From assembly GCA_963663235.2 (NCBI GenBank), contig CAXXNO010000004.1, forward strand, positions 256,001 through 320,000: 64,000 nt of DNA. The letters are read 5' to 3'. Source of the stretch: Dehalococcoidia bacterium. Its GTDB lineage: Bacteria; Chloroflexota; Dehalococcoidia; Bin125. The translations under genes and the position numbers were made by a program. Position 1 is the stretch's first letter. Every line of letters starts with the position of its first letter. The notes beneath the pieces are model-generated. The model was given only the letters and a program-made list of their open reading frames with translations, was not told the origin of the DNA and made no database searches. Positions 9,588-20,654 of this stretch are shown here, piece after piece.

Positions 9588-10258
9588 CAGGCATCCTTCC
9601 CGCCGGCGATGGCGGCACGGCGCAGGCGGGCGCGATCGCCGCCCCAGAGCGCCTCCGCCCGTCGCACGGCGGCTTCGGTCATGATGATGTGATCATGCCC
9701 AATGAGCGCGGCGACGTTCAGCGTATCAGCCGGGCAAGTGTGCAGATTGGCGAGATTGCGAATGCCCAGCTTCAGGCCGGGATCCGTGGCGCGCGTCACC
9801 AACAGCGCGGTGCGCGTGACGCCCAGCCCGTCCAGCATTGCCTTCATGGTCCGCGTGCGGGGCTCGAACTGCACGTCGTCTTCGAGCACGAGGATCCCGC
9901 CCTCGGCGGCCCGCTGGGAGAGGAGCGATCGGATGGCCAGCCGGCGCATGCGCTTGGGCAGCGCCTGCCGATAGGAGCGCGGATGGGGCCCATGCGCCAC
10001 GGCGCCCCCGCGTCGCACGGGTGAGGAGACAGCGCCCTGCCGCGCGCGGCCGGTGCCCTTCTGGCGGAGCGTCTTGGCCGTGCTGCCGCGCAGCTGGGAG
10101 CGGCTGAGGGTGGCGTGCGTGCCCTGGCGTTGGTTGGCGCGGTGGGCCAGCAGCGCCTGGTGCACGACGGTCAGGTGGGGTTCGATCCCGAAGACGGCGT
10201 CGTCGGTGTCGATCTCTCGGACTTTCTGGCCGGCGGCGTCGACGACTAGCAGCTTCAT
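9587..10258 (-). CDS. rplD: 50S ribosomal protein L4
   Basis: RQGTH, RQKGTGRARQG. Confidence 0.97.
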   Translation of the reverse strand: MKLLVVDAAGQKVREIDTDDAVFGIEPHLTVVHQALLAHRANQRQGTHATLSRSQLRGSTAKTLRQKGTGRARQGAVSSPVRRGGAVAHGPHPRSYRQALPKRMRRLAIRSLLSQRAAEGGILVLEDDVQFEPRTRTMKAMLDGLGVTRTALLVTRATDPGLKLGIRNLANLHTCPADTLNVAALIGHDHIIMTEAAVRRAEALWGGDRARLRRAAIAGGKDA

Positions 10259-10938
10259 GACGCTGACTGCGCCGATTGTTTGTAGGTGCGCCGCACCATG
10301 ATGACTTGATTCGGAGGCCCGGGGACAGATCCGTTAACGAACAGCAAGCCCCGCTCGGGCTGGATGTCGACGATCTCGAGGTTGATGCTCGTACGCCGGA
10401 CGCCGCCCTGGCGCCCGGCCATCTTGGTCCCTTTGAAGACGCGCCCCGGCGTGGTGCCGGCCCCGATGGACCCGGGGGCGCGGTGGCGGTCGCTCTGCCC
10501 GTGCGTCTTGGGGCCGCCGTGAAAGCCGTGGCGCTTGACCACCCCGGCGAAGCCCTTGCCCTTGGAGGTGCCGGAGACGTCCACGCGGTCGCCGACGGCA
10601 AAGAGGTCGGCGGCGGTGAAGGATTGCCCGACCTTGAGCGACTCGTAGTCCGCCTCATCGGCGCGGAACTCGGCGAGGTATCGCAAGGGGCCATTGGAGC
10701 CGGTGTGACCGCGCTGGGCCTTGGAGAGCCGCCATTCGCGCCCCAAGCCGAAGCCCAACTGCACGGCGCGATAGCCGTCGCGCTCGGGCGTCTTGATCTG
10801 GGTGACGGCGCAGGGGCCCACTTGCAGCACGGTGCAGCCGCTGACGCGGCCGTCCGAGGCGATGGTTTGGACCATGCCCAGCTTCCTGCCCAGGAGTCCC
10901 TGTACGGCCACGGTGGTCTGACGCTCGCCTTCCGTCAC
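10255..10938 (-). CDS. rplC: 50S ribosomal protein L3
   Basis: [28 protein letters not shown]. Confidence 0.97.
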   Translation of the reverse strand: MTEGERQTTVAVQGLLGRKLGMVQTIASDGRVSGCTVLQVGPCAVTQIKTPERDGYRAVQLGFGLGREWRLSKAQRGHTGSNGPLRYLAEFRADEADYESLKVGQSFTAADLFAVGDRVDVSGTSKGKGFAGVVKRHGFHGGPKTHGQSDRHRAPGSIGAGTTPGRVFKGTKMAGRQGGVRRTSINLEIVDIQPERGLLFVNGSVPGPPNQVIMVRRTYKQSAQSAS

Positions 10939-11247
10939 TTACAGTTTGATCTCGATATCCACGCCGCTGGGCAGTTGGAGCCGCATCAGCGTATCAACCG
11001 TCTTGCCTGTGGGCTCAAGGATGTCGATCAGGCGTTTATGGGTGCGCATTTCGAACTGCTCACGGGAGTCTTTATCGATGAAGGGTGAGCGGATCACGGT
11101 GTAGCGCTGGATTTTCGTCGGGAGGGGGACGGGGCCGGCAACTTCCGCCCCGGCCTTCTCCGCCGCCTCCACTATCTGGCGCGCGCTCTCATCCAGAATG
11201 CGATGGTCATAGGCCTTGAGTTGGATTCGGATCTTCTGGCGCGCCAC
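10939..11247 (-). CDS. rpsJ: 30S ribosomal protein S10
   Basis: [19 protein letters not shown]. Confidence 0.98.
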   Translation of the reverse strand: MARQKIRIQLKAYDHRILDESARQIVEAAEKAGAEVAGPVPLPTKIQRYTVIRSPFIDKDSREQFEMRTHKRLIDILEPTGKTVDTLMRLQLPSGVDIEIKL

Positions 11248-11251
11248 GGCT

Positions 11252-12451
11252 CTACTCCAGGATCTCGGTGGCGGCGCCGGCGCCGACGGTACGGCCGCCC
11301 TCGCGGATGGCGAAGCGCAGGCCGGGTTCTAGGGCGATGGGGCTGATGAGGCGGATGGTGAGGGTGACGTTGTCGCCGGGCATGGCCATCTCCACGCCGG
11401 CGGGCAGCTCGATGGCGCCGGTGACGTCGGTGGTGCGGATGTAGAACTGGGGCCGGTAGCCGGGGAAGAAGGGGGTGTGGCGGCCGCCCTCTTCCTTGGA
11501 GAGGATGTAGACCTCGGCCAGGAAGGTGGTGTGGGGGGTGATGGAGCCGGGGGCGGCCAGCACCTGGCCGCGCTCGATGTCCTCGCGCTCGATGCCGCGC
11601 AGGAGGCAGCCCACGTTGTCGCCGGCCTCGCCGGCGTCCATGCTCTTTTTGAACATCTCCACCCCGGTGACCACGGTGCTGCGGGTGTCTTGCAGGCCGA
11701 CGATCTCCACCGTGTCGCTGGTGTGCACGGTACCGCGCTCGATGCGCCCGGTGACCACGGTGCCCCGCCCCTTGATGCCGAAGACGTCCTCGATGGGCAT
11801 GAGGAAGGGCTGGTCCTTGGCCCGCGGGGGCGTGGGGATGTAGGTGTCCACCGCCTCCAGCAGGGCCTGGATGGGGGCGTAGGCCGGGCCCTGGGGGTCG
11901 TCTGCGGTCGCCTCCAGGGCTTGGAGGGCGGAGCCGCGGATGATGGGTACCTCGTCGCCGGGGAATTCGTAGCGGCTCAAGAGCTCGCGCATCTCCAGCT
12001 CCACCAGGTCCAGGAGCTCGGGGTCCTCCATCTGGTCCACCTTGTTGAGGAAGACCACGATCTTGGGCACCCCCACCTGGCGGGCCAAGAGGATGTGCTC
12101 CCGGGTCTGGGGCATGGGGCCGTCCGGGGCCGCCACGACCAGGATGGCCCCGTCCATCTGCGCCGCGCCGGTGATCATGTTCTTGATGTAGTCGGCGTGC
12201 CCGGGGGCGTCGATGTGGGCGTAGTGGCGCGCCGCCGTCTCGTACTCCACGTGGGCGATGGCGATGGTGATGCCCCGCTCTTTCTCCTCCGGGGCGTTGT
12301 CGATGCTGGCGAAGGAGCGGAACTCCGCCCCGCCGCCAAAGCCCAGCACTTTCGTGATCGCCGCCGTCAAGGTGGTCTTGCCGTGGTCCACGTGGCCGAT
12401 GGTGCCCACGTTGGCGTGCGGCTTGGTCCGCTCAAACTTGCCTCGCGCCAT
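11252..12451 (-). CDS. tuf: Elongation factor Tu
   Basis: [37 protein letters not shown]. Confidence 0.99.
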   Translation of the reverse strand: MARGKFERTKPHANVGTIGHVDHGKTTLTAAITKVLGFGGGAEFRSFASIDNAPEEKERGITIAIAHVEYETAARHYAHIDAPGHADYIKNMITGAAQMDGAILVVAAPDGPMPQTREHILLARQVGVPKIVVFLNKVDQMEDPELLDLVELEMRELLSRYEFPGDEVPIIRGSALQALEATADDPQGPAYAPIQALLEAVDTYIPTPPRAKDQPFLMPIEDVFGIKGRGTVVTGRIERGTVHTSDTVEIVGLQDTRSTVVTGVEMFKKSMDAGEAGDNVGCLLRGIEREDIERGQVLAAPGSITPHTTFLAEVYILSKEEGGRHTPFFPGYRPQFYIRTTDVTGAIELPAGVEMAMPGDNVTLTIRLISPIALEPGLRFAIREGGRTVGAGAATEILE

Positions 12452-12492
12452 GATTCTCCATCTCTCCGCGGCGGGCCGGGCCCGCCATCGCG

Positions 12493-14556
12493 CTAGACGC
12501 TGGCCACCGCCTCGGCGACGCTCTCCGGCGCTTCAGCGTAGTGGGCGAACTCCATGCTGGAGGTCGCGCGCCCCTGACTCAAGGACCGCAGCCCGGTGGT
12601 GTAGCCGAAGGTTTCCGCGAGGGGCAACAGGGCCTGGATCACCTGGCTGGTTCCCCGCGCCTCGACGCCCTGCACCGCGCCGCGACGGGCGTTGAGATCG
12701 CTCACGACCTCGCCGAGGAACTCCTCCGGGGTGACGATCTCGACCTTCATGATCGGCTCGAGCACCACGGGGGAACCCCTGCGCACTGCTTCTTTGAAGC
12801 CCATGCTGCCCGCGGTGCTGAAGGCGAGCTCGCTGGAGTCGACAGGGTGGAAGTTGCCGTCGAGGAGCGTCACCTTGACATCGACGACAGGATAGCCGCC
12901 GCGGGGACCGCTGGCCATGGCCTGGATGACGCCCTTGCGCACCGCGGGGATGAACTCCACGGGGATCGCGCCGCCCCGAATCTCGCTGGCGAACTCAAAG
13001 CCCTGACCGCGATCGCGGGGCTCCACCCGCAAGACCACGTGGGCGAACTGACCGCGGCCACCGGTCTGCCGGATGAAGCGGGTCTCCGCTTCCGCCGCGC
13101 GGCGGGGGGTCTCCCGGTAGGCGACCTGGGGCCGGCCGACGGTGCAGCCGACGCCGAACTCGCGGGTCATGCGATCGACGATGACCTCCAGGTGGAGCTC
13201 GCCCATGCCGGAGATCCGGGTCTGGCCGGTCTCCTCGTCAAAGGTGGAGCGGAAGGTGGGGTCCTCTTCGGCCAAGCGGCGGAGGGCTTCTCCCATCTTG
13301 TCCTGGTCGGATCGTGTCTTGGCCTCGATGGCGACGGAGACGACCGGCACGGGGAAGGCGATCTCCTCGAGGACCACGGGGTTGGCGAGGTCCGTGAGGG
13401 TATCGCCGGTGAACGTATGTTTGAGGCCGATGATCGCGGCGATGCCGCCGGCGTAGACCTGATCGACATCCTCGCGGCGATCGGCGTGCATGCGCATCAG
13501 ACGGCCGAGGCGCTCTTTCCTCTGGCGGCTGCTGTTGGTGACCGCCGCGCCAGTCTGGAGCGTGCCGGAGTAGACGCGGACGTACGCCAGACGCCCCACA
13601 TGGGGGTCCGCCACGATCTTGAACGTCAGCGCGGCCAGGGGGCCATCGTCCTGCGCCGGCCGCTCGATCTGTGTGCCGTCGGGCGCGGCGCCCACGACGG
13701 GTGGGACATCGATCGGCGCCGGGAGGTAATCGACGACGGCGTCCAGCAGGAGGCGGACGCCGACGTTCTTGAGGGCGCTCCCGCAGAGCACCGGCGTGAT
13801 GGTGTTGGCGATGGTGGCCCGACGGAGGGCCTTGCGGATCTCATCTTCGCTGAGGGCGTGGCCTTCCACATAGGAGACCATGACCTGGTTATCGTGTTCG
13901 GCGATGCGCTCGATCATGGTGTCGCGCCAGCGTTCGGCGTCGCCGCGGAGCTCGGCGGGGATATCGCCCTCGGTCGGGGGGGCATCGCGATCGCCGCTGA
14001 AGAACCAGGCGCGGCGGGTGATGAGGTCCACGACTCCTTGGAACTGCCTCTCGCTGCCGATGGGGATCTGGACGGGCACGGGGGCCGCGCCCAGGCGGCT
14101 GCGCACCATCTCCATGGTGCGCCAGTAGTCGGCGCCGATGCGGTCCATCTTGTTGATGAAGCAGAGCCGCGGGACTTGGTAGCGATCCGCCTGGCGCCAG
14201 ACGGTCTCGGATTGGGGCTCGACGCCGGCGACGGCGTCGAAGACGACGACGCCACCGTCCAGCACGCGCAGGCTGCGCTCCACCTCGACGGTGAAATCGA
14301 CGTGGCCGGGGGTGTCGATGATGTTGATGCGGTGGTCGGCCCAGGAGACCGTGGTGGCGGCGGCGGTGATGGTGATGCCGCGCTCCCGCTCCTGGTCCAT
14401 GAAGTCCATGGTGGCGGTGCCGTGATGGACTTCACCCATTTTGTAGGTGCGGCCCGTGAAGTACAGGATGCGTTCCGTGACGGTGGTCTTGCCGGCATCG
14501 ATGTGGGCAATGATCCCGATGTTGCGGACGCGTTCGATGGGGATATCGCGGGGCAT
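12493..14556 (-). CDS. fusA: Elongation factor G
   Basis: [25 protein letters not shown]. Confidence 0.98.
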   Translation of the reverse strand: MPRDIPIERVRNIGIIAHIDAGKTTVTERILYFTGRTYKMGEVHHGTATMDFMDQERERGITITAAATTVSWADHRINIIDTPGHVDFTVEVERSLRVLDGGVVVFDAVAGVEPQSETVWRQADRYQVPRLCFINKMDRIGADYWRTMEMVRSRLGAAPVPVQIPIGSERQFQGVVDLITRRAWFFSGDRDAPPTEGDIPAELRGDAERWRDTMIERIAEHDNQVMVSYVEGHALSEDEIRKALRRATIANTITPVLCGSALKNVGVRLLLDAVVDYLPAPIDVPPVVGAAPDGTQIERPAQDDGPLAALTFKIVADPHVGRLAYVRVYSGTLQTGAAVTNSSRQRKERLGRLMRMHADRREDVDQVYAGGIAAIIGLKHTFTGDTLTDLANPVVLEEIAFPVPVVSVAIEAKTRSDQDKMGEALRRLAEEDPTFRSTFDEETGQTRISGMGELHLEVIVDRMTREFGVGCTVGRPQVAYRETPRRAAEAETRFIRQTGGRGQFAHVVLRVEPRDRGQGFEFASEIRGGAIPVEFIPAVRKGVIQAMASGPRGGYPVVDVKVTLLDGNFHPVDSSELAFSTAGSMGFKEAVRRGSPVVLEPIMKVEIVTPEEFLGEVVSDLNARRGAVQGVEARGTSQVIQALLPLAETFGYTTGLRSLSQGRATSSMEFAHYAEAPESVAEAVASV

Positions 14557-14622
14557 GGCTAGGCCCGGCCGAGCGGCCGACGTGAGACCGCCCGACGCAT
14601 GTCGGGCGGTTGGGGGGTCGGG

Positions 14623-15093
14623 TTACCAGCGATAGTGCACAAAGGCACGGTTCGCCTCCGCCATACGATGCGTCTCTTCGCGGCGCTTCACGGCGGCGCC
14701 GGTATCGTGATAGGCGTCCACGATCTCGGCGGCGAGCCGCTCCGCCATCTTCTTGCCGCCGCGGGCGCGGGCGGCACGCAGGAGCCAGCGGATGGCGAGG
14801 GCGTTGCGGCGCTCGGCGCGGATCTCCACGGGCACCTGATAGGTGGCGCCGCCCACCCGCCGGGGCTTGACCTCCATTTGCGGCGTGACGTTGCGGAGCG
14901 CCTGCGAGAAGACCTCCAAGGGCTCCTGGCGCGTGAGCTGTCCGACCTCCTCCAGGGCGCCGTAGACGATGCTCTCCGCCACGCCTTTCTTCCCGCGCTG
15001 CATAATCCGGTTAATGGTCTGCTGCACGGTGACGTTCTGATAGCGCGGATCGGGCGGGATCTTGCGACGCTCGGGCCGGTTTCGTCGCGGCAT
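14623..15093 (-). CDS. rpsG: 30S ribosomal protein S7
   Basis: [21 protein letters not shown]. Confidence 0.98.
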   Translation of the reverse strand: MPRRNRPERRKIPPDPRYQNVTVQQTINRIMQRGKKGVAESIVYGALEEVGQLTRQEPLEVFSQALRNVTPQMEVKPRRVGGATYQVPVEIRAERRNALAIRWLLRAARARGGKKMAERLAAEIVDAYHDTGAAVKRREETHRMAEANRAFVHYRW

Positions 15094-15189
15094 GATACTC
15101 CATCCTGGGACGGCCAGCGGCCGTCTTTCTCAAAGGCGCACGGGACTCGACTGCGGAGCGGGGGCCGAGCGCCTGCCCCCACCCAACCG

Positions 15190-15618
15190 CTAGGCGGTTG
15201 GGGACGCTGCCGTCTTGCGCGTGCCGTACTTCGATCGCCCGCGGCGGCGGTTGGAGACGCCCTGGGCATCCAGGGCGCCCCGGACCACGTGGTAGCGCAC
15301 GCCCGGTAGGTCCTTCACCCGGCCGCCGCGGATCAGCACGACCGAGTGCTCTTGGAGACTGTGTCCTTCGCCCGGGATGTAGGCGGTGACCTCGATGCCG
15401 TTGGTGAGGCGCACGCGACAGACCTTGCGCAGCGCCGAGTTGGGCTTCTTGGGGGTCACCGTGCGGACAGCCGTGCAGACGCCGCGCTTCTGCGGCGCGC
15501 CGCGGCCAACGGTGGTGTGGTTGGTCAACGCGTTGTGCATGAAGCGCAGGGCGGGCGCCTTGGTTTTCTTTGTGACGGGCTTACGCCCCTTGCGCACGAG
15601 TTGATTGATGGTGGGCAC
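15190..15618 (-). CDS. rpsL: 30S ribosomal protein S12
   Basis: GTG start, [30 protein letters not shown]; short insertion [15 protein letters not shown]. Confidence 0.98.
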   Translation of the reverse strand: MPTINQLVRKGRKPVTKKTKAPALRFMHNALTNHTTVGRGAPQKRGVCTAVRTVTPKKPNSALRKVCRVRLTNGIEVTAYIPGEGHSLQEHSVVLIRGGRVKDLPGVRYHVVRGALDAQGVSNRRRGRSKYGTRKTAASPTA

Positions 15619-15770
15619 TATGCTCTTCCGCCAGACTCCAAACACGACGAACGGCCGAGAGCCGTTCGCTGAACCACTCCGGCCCCGGGGAACGGGTGCT
15701 GCCGGCGGTCTTCGGACGGTGACGGCTTCGACCGTAGCTCGCCCACCGCAGGGCAAGCATACAGGCTACA

Positions 15771-15800
15771 AATGTAGGAAGGGGTGGAAACGCGTGTCAA
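15771..15800 (-). promoter_or_regulatory. Putative sigma70 promoter of the str/S10 operon
   Basis: TTGACA (15800-15795), 18-bp spacer, TACATT (15776-15771), about 150 nt upstream of rpsL. Confidence 0.6.
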
Positions 15801-15833
15801 GCAATTCGGGCGCGAGTTTACGCCCGGGGCGCC

Positions 15834-16748
15834 TCAGACGCCGGCGTAGGAGTGGAGTCCGCTGATCCAGAGGTTGACGCCCAGGTAGGTGAAGAGGACG
15901 GCCATAAAACCCCCCACCACGATCCAGGAGCCGCGCGCGCCCTTGAGCTGGCGGATGCCGCGGGTGTGCATGTAGCCGGCGAAGATCAGCCAGGTGACCA
16001 GGGCCGCGGTCTCCTTGGGGTCCCAGCCCCAGTAGCGGCCCCAGGCGTCGTGGGCCCAGAGGGCGCCCAGCGCGACGCCCACGGCCAGCAAGGGGAAGCC
16101 CACCAGCACGGAGCGGTAGGTGAGCTCGTCGCAGCGATCGGCGGTGGGGAGCCAGGCGTGCCGCCGGCCCTTGCTGCCCTGGAGGATGTGCATCACGGCC
16201 GCGCCGAAGGCCACCGCGAGCGCGGCGTAGGCCAGGATCATCATCGCCACGTGAATGCTGAGCAGGGTGGGGCTCTGCAGGGCCGGCACGAGCACCTGCT
16301 CCCCCTGCGACGGGAAGGCGAGGGCGCTGGCGTAGAGCCCGAACGACACCGGCATGACGAACGCTCCCAGGAGACGGCTGTGGAAGCGCCATTCCGCGAT
16401 CACGTACATCAGCGCGATGGCGAAGCCGAAGGCCATGGAGAACTCGAAGAGGTTGCTGTAGGGGGCGTGATCCAGCGCGATGGTGCGGAAGACCAGCCCC
16501 AGCCCCCCGAAGACGACCGACGTCCAGGCGGTCAAGCTGGCGACGCCGCCCAGCGTGCGGGAGCGCTGAGGGCGCTGGGACGTCGGGACCGAGGTCGTGA
16601 GGGTGAGGGCTCCGGCGTCGGTGGCGGCGACCGCGCGCGCCGCGCCGAAGGCGAGGCGCGGCTGGAGGGCGTAGGCCACGTAGGCGGCCGCGGCGCAGCC
16701 GGCGGCCACCAAGCCGGACCAGAGAAGGTAGAGCGCGAGGTCCTCCAC
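15834..16748 (-). CDS. ccsA: Cytochrome c biogenesis protein CcsA/ResC (system II)
   Basis: Trp-rich WAHDAWGRYWGWDPKET, conserved His residues (HAPY, IHVA, GLHSY); likely GTG start at 16748. Confidence 0.93.
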   Translation of the reverse strand: MEDLALYLLWSGLVAAGCAAAAYVAYALQPRLAFGAARAVAATDAGALTLTTSVPTSQRPQRSRTLGGVASLTAWTSVVFGGLGLVFRTIALDHAPYSNLFEFSMAFGFAIALMYVIAEWRFHSRLLGAFVMPVSFGLYASALAFPSQGEQVLVPALQSPTLLSIHVAMMILAYAALAVAFGAAVMHILQGSKGRRHAWLPTADRCDELTYRSVLVGFPLLAVGVALGALWAHDAWGRYWGWDPKETAALVTWLIFAGYMHTRGIRQLKGARGSWIVVGGFMAVLFTYLGVNLWISGLHSYAGV

Positions 16749-16750
16749 CG

Positions 16751-17527
16751 CTAGGTCTCCGTTTCCTGCGCCGCCAGCAGCTTGGCCCGGTTCGGGGCCG
16801 CGCGCTCGCCGAAGAGCAAGCGGCGGAACCCCTCCGCCCAGGGCACCTCGCCGACGGCGGCGGCCTTGTCTTCCTCCCGGCGCCAGCGCTCCATGCGCTC
16901 CTCCCAGGTGCCGCCACCTCCCTGGCTGGCGTGGCAACGTAAGGCCTGGAGCCGCCGCTCGAATTGGGCGTCGACATCGACAAAATAATCGGGCTCGCGG
17001 GTGCCCGCCAGCAGGACCTCGTTGACGCGGTGGGGCTGGAGGCCGTCGTCACGGTGCTGGGGGAAGTAGTGGGGCGTTCGGGCTAGGGGGAAGGCCGCGT
17101 CCAGCGTGACCGTGCCCACCGTGCGGTGGTCGCGGTGGTTGAAGCCCCGCCAGCCGTCCCAGGTGATCAGCAGGTCCGGGCGCACCTCGCGGATGACGCG
17201 GACGATGGCGCCGCGGAGCTCGGGTGAGTCCTCCACGAAGCCGTCCGGCCAGCGCAGAAAGCGGCAGGTATGCACGCCGAGGACGCGCGCCGCCGCCTCT
17301 TGCTCGGTCTCGCGCACGGCGGCGAGGTCCCAGGACTGGAAGGCGCTGTCCCGGCTGCCTTTATCGCCGCTGGTGACGAGGCAGAAGGTGACGTCCGTAC
17401 CGGCGTCCGCCAGCTTCGCGACGGTGCCGCCACAGGTGAACTCGATATCGTCGGGGTGCGCCATGATCACCAGCGCCCGTTGCGGGGCGCCCGATCCGTT
17501 GGTCGCGGGCGGTGCGGCAGCGCTCAT
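16751..17527 (-). CDS. PIG-L family deacetylase (MshB/BshB/LmbE-like)
   Basis: AHPDD motif, HRDH motif, HASQ. Confidence 0.9.
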   Translation of the reverse strand: MSAAAPPATNGSGAPQRALVIMAHPDDIEFTCGGTVAKLADAGTDVTFCLVTSGDKGSRDSAFQSWDLAAVRETEQEAAARVLGVHTCRFLRWPDGFVEDSPELRGAIVRVIREVRPDLLITWDGWRGFNHRDHRTVGTVTLDAAFPLARTPHYFPQHRDDGLQPHRVNEVLLAGTREPDYFVDVDAQFERRLQALRCHASQGGGGTWEERMERWRREEDKAAAVGEVPWAEGFRRLLFGERAAPNRAKLLAAQETET

Positions 17528-17561
17528 GGCGCCCTCAGTTTAGCGGGCCGGTCCCGGAGGG

Positions 17562-18854
17562 CTAGTGAGCGTGACAGCAGGCGGCCGCGCGGGCGGCCGG
17601 GCGGTGCACATGGTGGCCGCCGCAGCAGGGCTGCGCATCGTGCCCTGCGAGGAGGCGCTCATAGACGGCGCCGATGCGATCAGCGACGGCGCGCCATTCA
17701 AACGCCGCGACGGAGGCGGGGGCGGCATCGCCGAAGCGCCGGCGCAGGTCCGGGTTGGCGAGGAGCGCCTCGATCCGTTCCGCGAAGGGCTCCGGGCAGC
17801 GCCAGGGCACTAGATAGCCGGTCTGGCCGTCGCGCACCGTGTACTGGAGTCCGCCGACGCGTGTGGCGACCACGGGCGTCCCGCAGGCCAGCGCCTCCAC
17901 CGCCACCAGGCCGAAGCTCTCGTAGTAGGAGGGCACCACACAGATATCGGCCGCGCGATAGTAGAGCGGCAACGTCTTGTGAGCCACCGCGCCGGGGAAG
18001 CGCACCCGATCGGCGATGCCCAGCGAGCGGCCCAGCGCCTCCAGTTGCGCGCGCTGCCCGTCGGCCTGCTCATCGCCGCCGACGATGAGGACGGTTAGCG
18101 GGGTATCGACGTCGGCCAGGGCGGCGGCCCGCAGCGCGATGTCGACTCCCTTCAACGGCTCCAGGCGCCCGACGACGAGGAGGATGGGGCCATCGCCCAG
18201 GCCCAGTTGTGCGCGCGCCTGGGCGCGGGGGCCGGGTTGGAAGAGGATCCGGTCCACCCCACCGGGCACCACCGTGACGCAGTCGGGCTGGGCGCCGTAG
18301 AGATCCGCCAAGAAGTCGCGCTCATGAGGAGTGGCGCAGATCAGGTGGTGCGCCCGCTGCACGATGCGTCGCTCCGCCTCGATGCGCGCCTGCGATTCCT
18401 GCTCGCCGCGGCGGGCGCGATTCTTGACCGCCCCCAGCGTGTGGAACATGGCGACATGCGGGCAGCCCCACTCGGCGGCCAGATCCGCCCCGCTCAACCC
18501 CGAGAGCCAGTAGTGCGAGTGGATGAGGTCGTAGGTGTGCCCGTGCCGCCGGGCGAAGCGGCGGACGGCATCGGTGAAGGCGGGCAGCAGCGGCTGGATC
18601 TCGGGGGGGGAGAGCGGCGCGGCCGGGCCCGCGGGCAGCGTGATCAGGCGGACGTTTTCGGCGCAGGTGATGGTCTCAGCGGTCTGGGGATTGTCACGGC
18701 GCGTGTAGATATCGACCTGGTAGCCGAGGCGGCCCAACTCGCGCGTCAGTTCCCGGATGTAGACGTTCATGCCGCCGGCTTTGGTGGTGCCGGGCTGCGC
18801 GAGCGGCGAGGTGTGGGTGCTGAGGAACGCGAGTCGATGTAACTGGTGCGGCAT
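17562..18854 (-). CDS. GT4 glycosyltransferase, MshA-like
   Basis: HTSPLAQPG...AGGMNVY, HSHYWLSG, PSYYESFGLVAVEA match the MshA signature; Cys/His-rich tail. Confidence 0.85.
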   Translation of the reverse strand: MPHQLHRLAFLSTHTSPLAQPGTTKAGGMNVYIRELTRELGRLGYQVDIYTRRDNPQTAETITCAENVRLITLPAGPAAPLSPPEIQPLLPAFTDAVRRFARRHGHTYDLIHSHYWLSGLSGADLAAEWGCPHVAMFHTLGAVKNRARRGEQESQARIEAERRIVQRAHHLICATPHERDFLADLYGAQPDCVTVVPGGVDRILFQPGPRAQARAQLGLGDGPILLVVGRLEPLKGVDIALRAAALADVDTPLTVLIVGGDEQADGQRAQLEALGRSLGIADRVRFPGAVAHKTLPLYYRAADICVVPSYYESFGLVAVEALACGTPVVATRVGGLQYTVRDGQTGYLVPWRCPEPFAERIEALLANPDLRRRFGDAAPASVAAFEWRAVADRIGAVYERLLAGHDAQPCCGGHHVHRPAARAAACCHAH

Positions 18855-18863
18855 AGCGCGCTC

Positions 18864-19850
18864 CTAGCGGGTCAACAGCAGGCGAGTCACCGGCGAGGGC
18901 ACGCCACCCAACTGATATTTGTACGCTTCCTCGCCGCGGAGGAAGTTGACCGCGCGTTTTCGCTCCTCGATGCAGGAGCGCAGGCAATACACCTTGGAGG
19001 CCAGGCCCACCGCCAGATCCCGATAGTCGGGGTCGTAGCCGCTGTTGTACAGGAACAGGGTGTCGCCGGTGTCGAAGCCGAGGATCGCGGCGACCGTCTT
19101 GCCGTCGAGTTGTAGGAGGTAGAGGCGCGCCCAGCCACGGGAGGCGAGGTTCCGGCCGAGCGCGAGGAAGAACGCCTGCCGGGGCTCGGTCAGGAAGCCC
19201 GCCTTATCGCGGCGGGAGTCGCGCATCATGGCGAGGAGGTGGGAGACGCCGGCCACCACGGGATCGGGGTCGCGCTCCACGGTGAGCGAGACGCGCGCGC
19301 CGCCTTCGGCCAAGTTTCGCAGCTTGCGGCGCACCTCATGCCGTTGCTTGCCGCCGAGGCCGTCCAGATAGGCCTCCCACGTTGCCGGCAACGCGACCGT
19401 GGGACAGACGGCCTCCTGCTCCGCGCGCACGGCCCAGCCGCGCGCGCGCGCCGCCGCCGGCAGGGACGCCAGCGTCGGCGAGCCCTCCGCGAGCCCGCGC
19501 AGGTCGACGGCGCGGCAATCGTCGCGTTCCAGGTGTTCCAGCAGCGCCTGCGCCACCTCGTCCTCCCGCCCCGGCGCGGCGATCAAGTCCATGTAGTCGC
19601 AGACCTCCGGATCGCCGATGAAAGAGACGGCATTGTCCCGGCGCATAAGGGGCAGCACGCCGATCAGCGTGCCATCGGCCGCGCGGACGGAGCAAAGGTC
19701 CAGCGTGGCGTCCTGGGCGAAGAGATCCCACCAGACGGACTGAAACTGCGGATAAAGGAAGACGCCGGCCGGCGGCGCGGCGCGTGACGCGAGCGCCGTC
19801 CAGTCATCGGTGAGCGACGCCCACGTCTGGGGGTGAACACACACGGTCAC
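18864..19850 (-). CDS. GNAT family protein (CelD/BcsL-like, Acetyltransf_6)
   Basis: [27 protein letters not shown]. Confidence 0.8.
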   Translation of the reverse strand: MTVCVHPQTWASLTDDWTALASRAAPPAGVFLYPQFQSVWWDLFAQDATLDLCSVRAADGTLIGVLPLMRRDNAVSFIGDPEVCDYMDLIAAPGREDEVAQALLEHLERDDCRAVDLRGLAEGSPTLASLPAAARARGWAVRAEQEAVCPTVALPATWEAYLDGLGGKQRHEVRRKLRNLAEGGARVSLTVERDPDPVVAGVSHLLAMMRDSRRDKAGFLTEPRQAFFLALGRNLASRGWARLYLLQLDGKTVAAILGFDTGDTLFLYNSGYDPDYRDLAVGLASKVYCLRSCIEERKRAVNFLRGEEAYKYQLGGVPSPVTRLLLTR

Positions 19851-20449
19851 TCAGAGCCCCGACGGAGGAGCGAGAGGAACTCCGCGCGGGTCACGGCCTG
19901 CGACGAGAAGGTGCCACGCAAAACGGAGGTCACCATGCGGCTGCCGGGCTTCTTGATGCCACGCATGGTCATGCAGAGGTGCTCGGCGTCCATTGCCACG
20001 GCGACCCCCTCCGGCTCGATCACGGCCATCAGCGTATCGGCGATCTCACAGGTCAGCCGCTCCTGGACTTGAGGGCGACGGGCGACGGCGTCCACCAAGC
20101 GAGCGATCTTGCTGATGCCGACTACGCGGCCTCGGGGCACGTAGGAGACGTGCGCGACGCCGTGAAAGGGGAGGAAGTGATGCTCGCACATGGAGTAGAA
20201 GGGAATATCGCGGAGGACCACCATCTCGTCGTGGCTCTCCTCGAAGCCCACCTTCAGGAGCTGCCTGGGGTCTGTCGTGAGACCGGCGAAGATCTCCTCG
20301 TAGGAGTCGGCGATCCGGCGGGGCGTGTCGAGCAGGCCCTCCCGCTCGGGGTCTTCACCGATCGCGTACAGGATCTCGCGGACCGCAGCGGCGATCCGCT
20401 CTTTGTCGATTGCCGGTGGGCCGATGGACGCATCGCTTTGTGTCGTCAT
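19847..20449 (-). CDS. folE: GTP cyclohydrolase I
   Basis: [29 protein letters not shown]; start ATG 20449. Confidence 0.96.
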   Translation of the reverse strand: MTTQSDASIGPPAIDKERIAAAVREILYAIGEDPEREGLLDTPRRIADSYEEIFAGLTTDPRQLLKVGFEESHDEMVVLRDIPFYSMCEHHFLPFHGVAHVSYVPRGRVVGISKIARLVDAVARRPQVQERLTCEIADTLMAVIEPEGVAVAMDAEHLCMTMRGIKKPGSRMVTSVLRGTFSSQAVTRAEFLSLLRRGSE

Positions 20450-20654
20450 CCTGCTTGGACCTCCTTGCCCAGCACGAACAGGCCTGCCAGGAGCCACGAG
20501 CGCCGTCCCGCCAGGTCTCGAAGAAGATACGCCAGCCCGCCGGCGCGCGATGGCCGTGGAGCCGCCGTACGAGCCACCCGCGCGCCGGCGGCGCCCGCGC
20601 GCCAAGATCGCGGCGCATGGTAGGGAATCGCCACCACGCGAAGGCGCAGCACGG

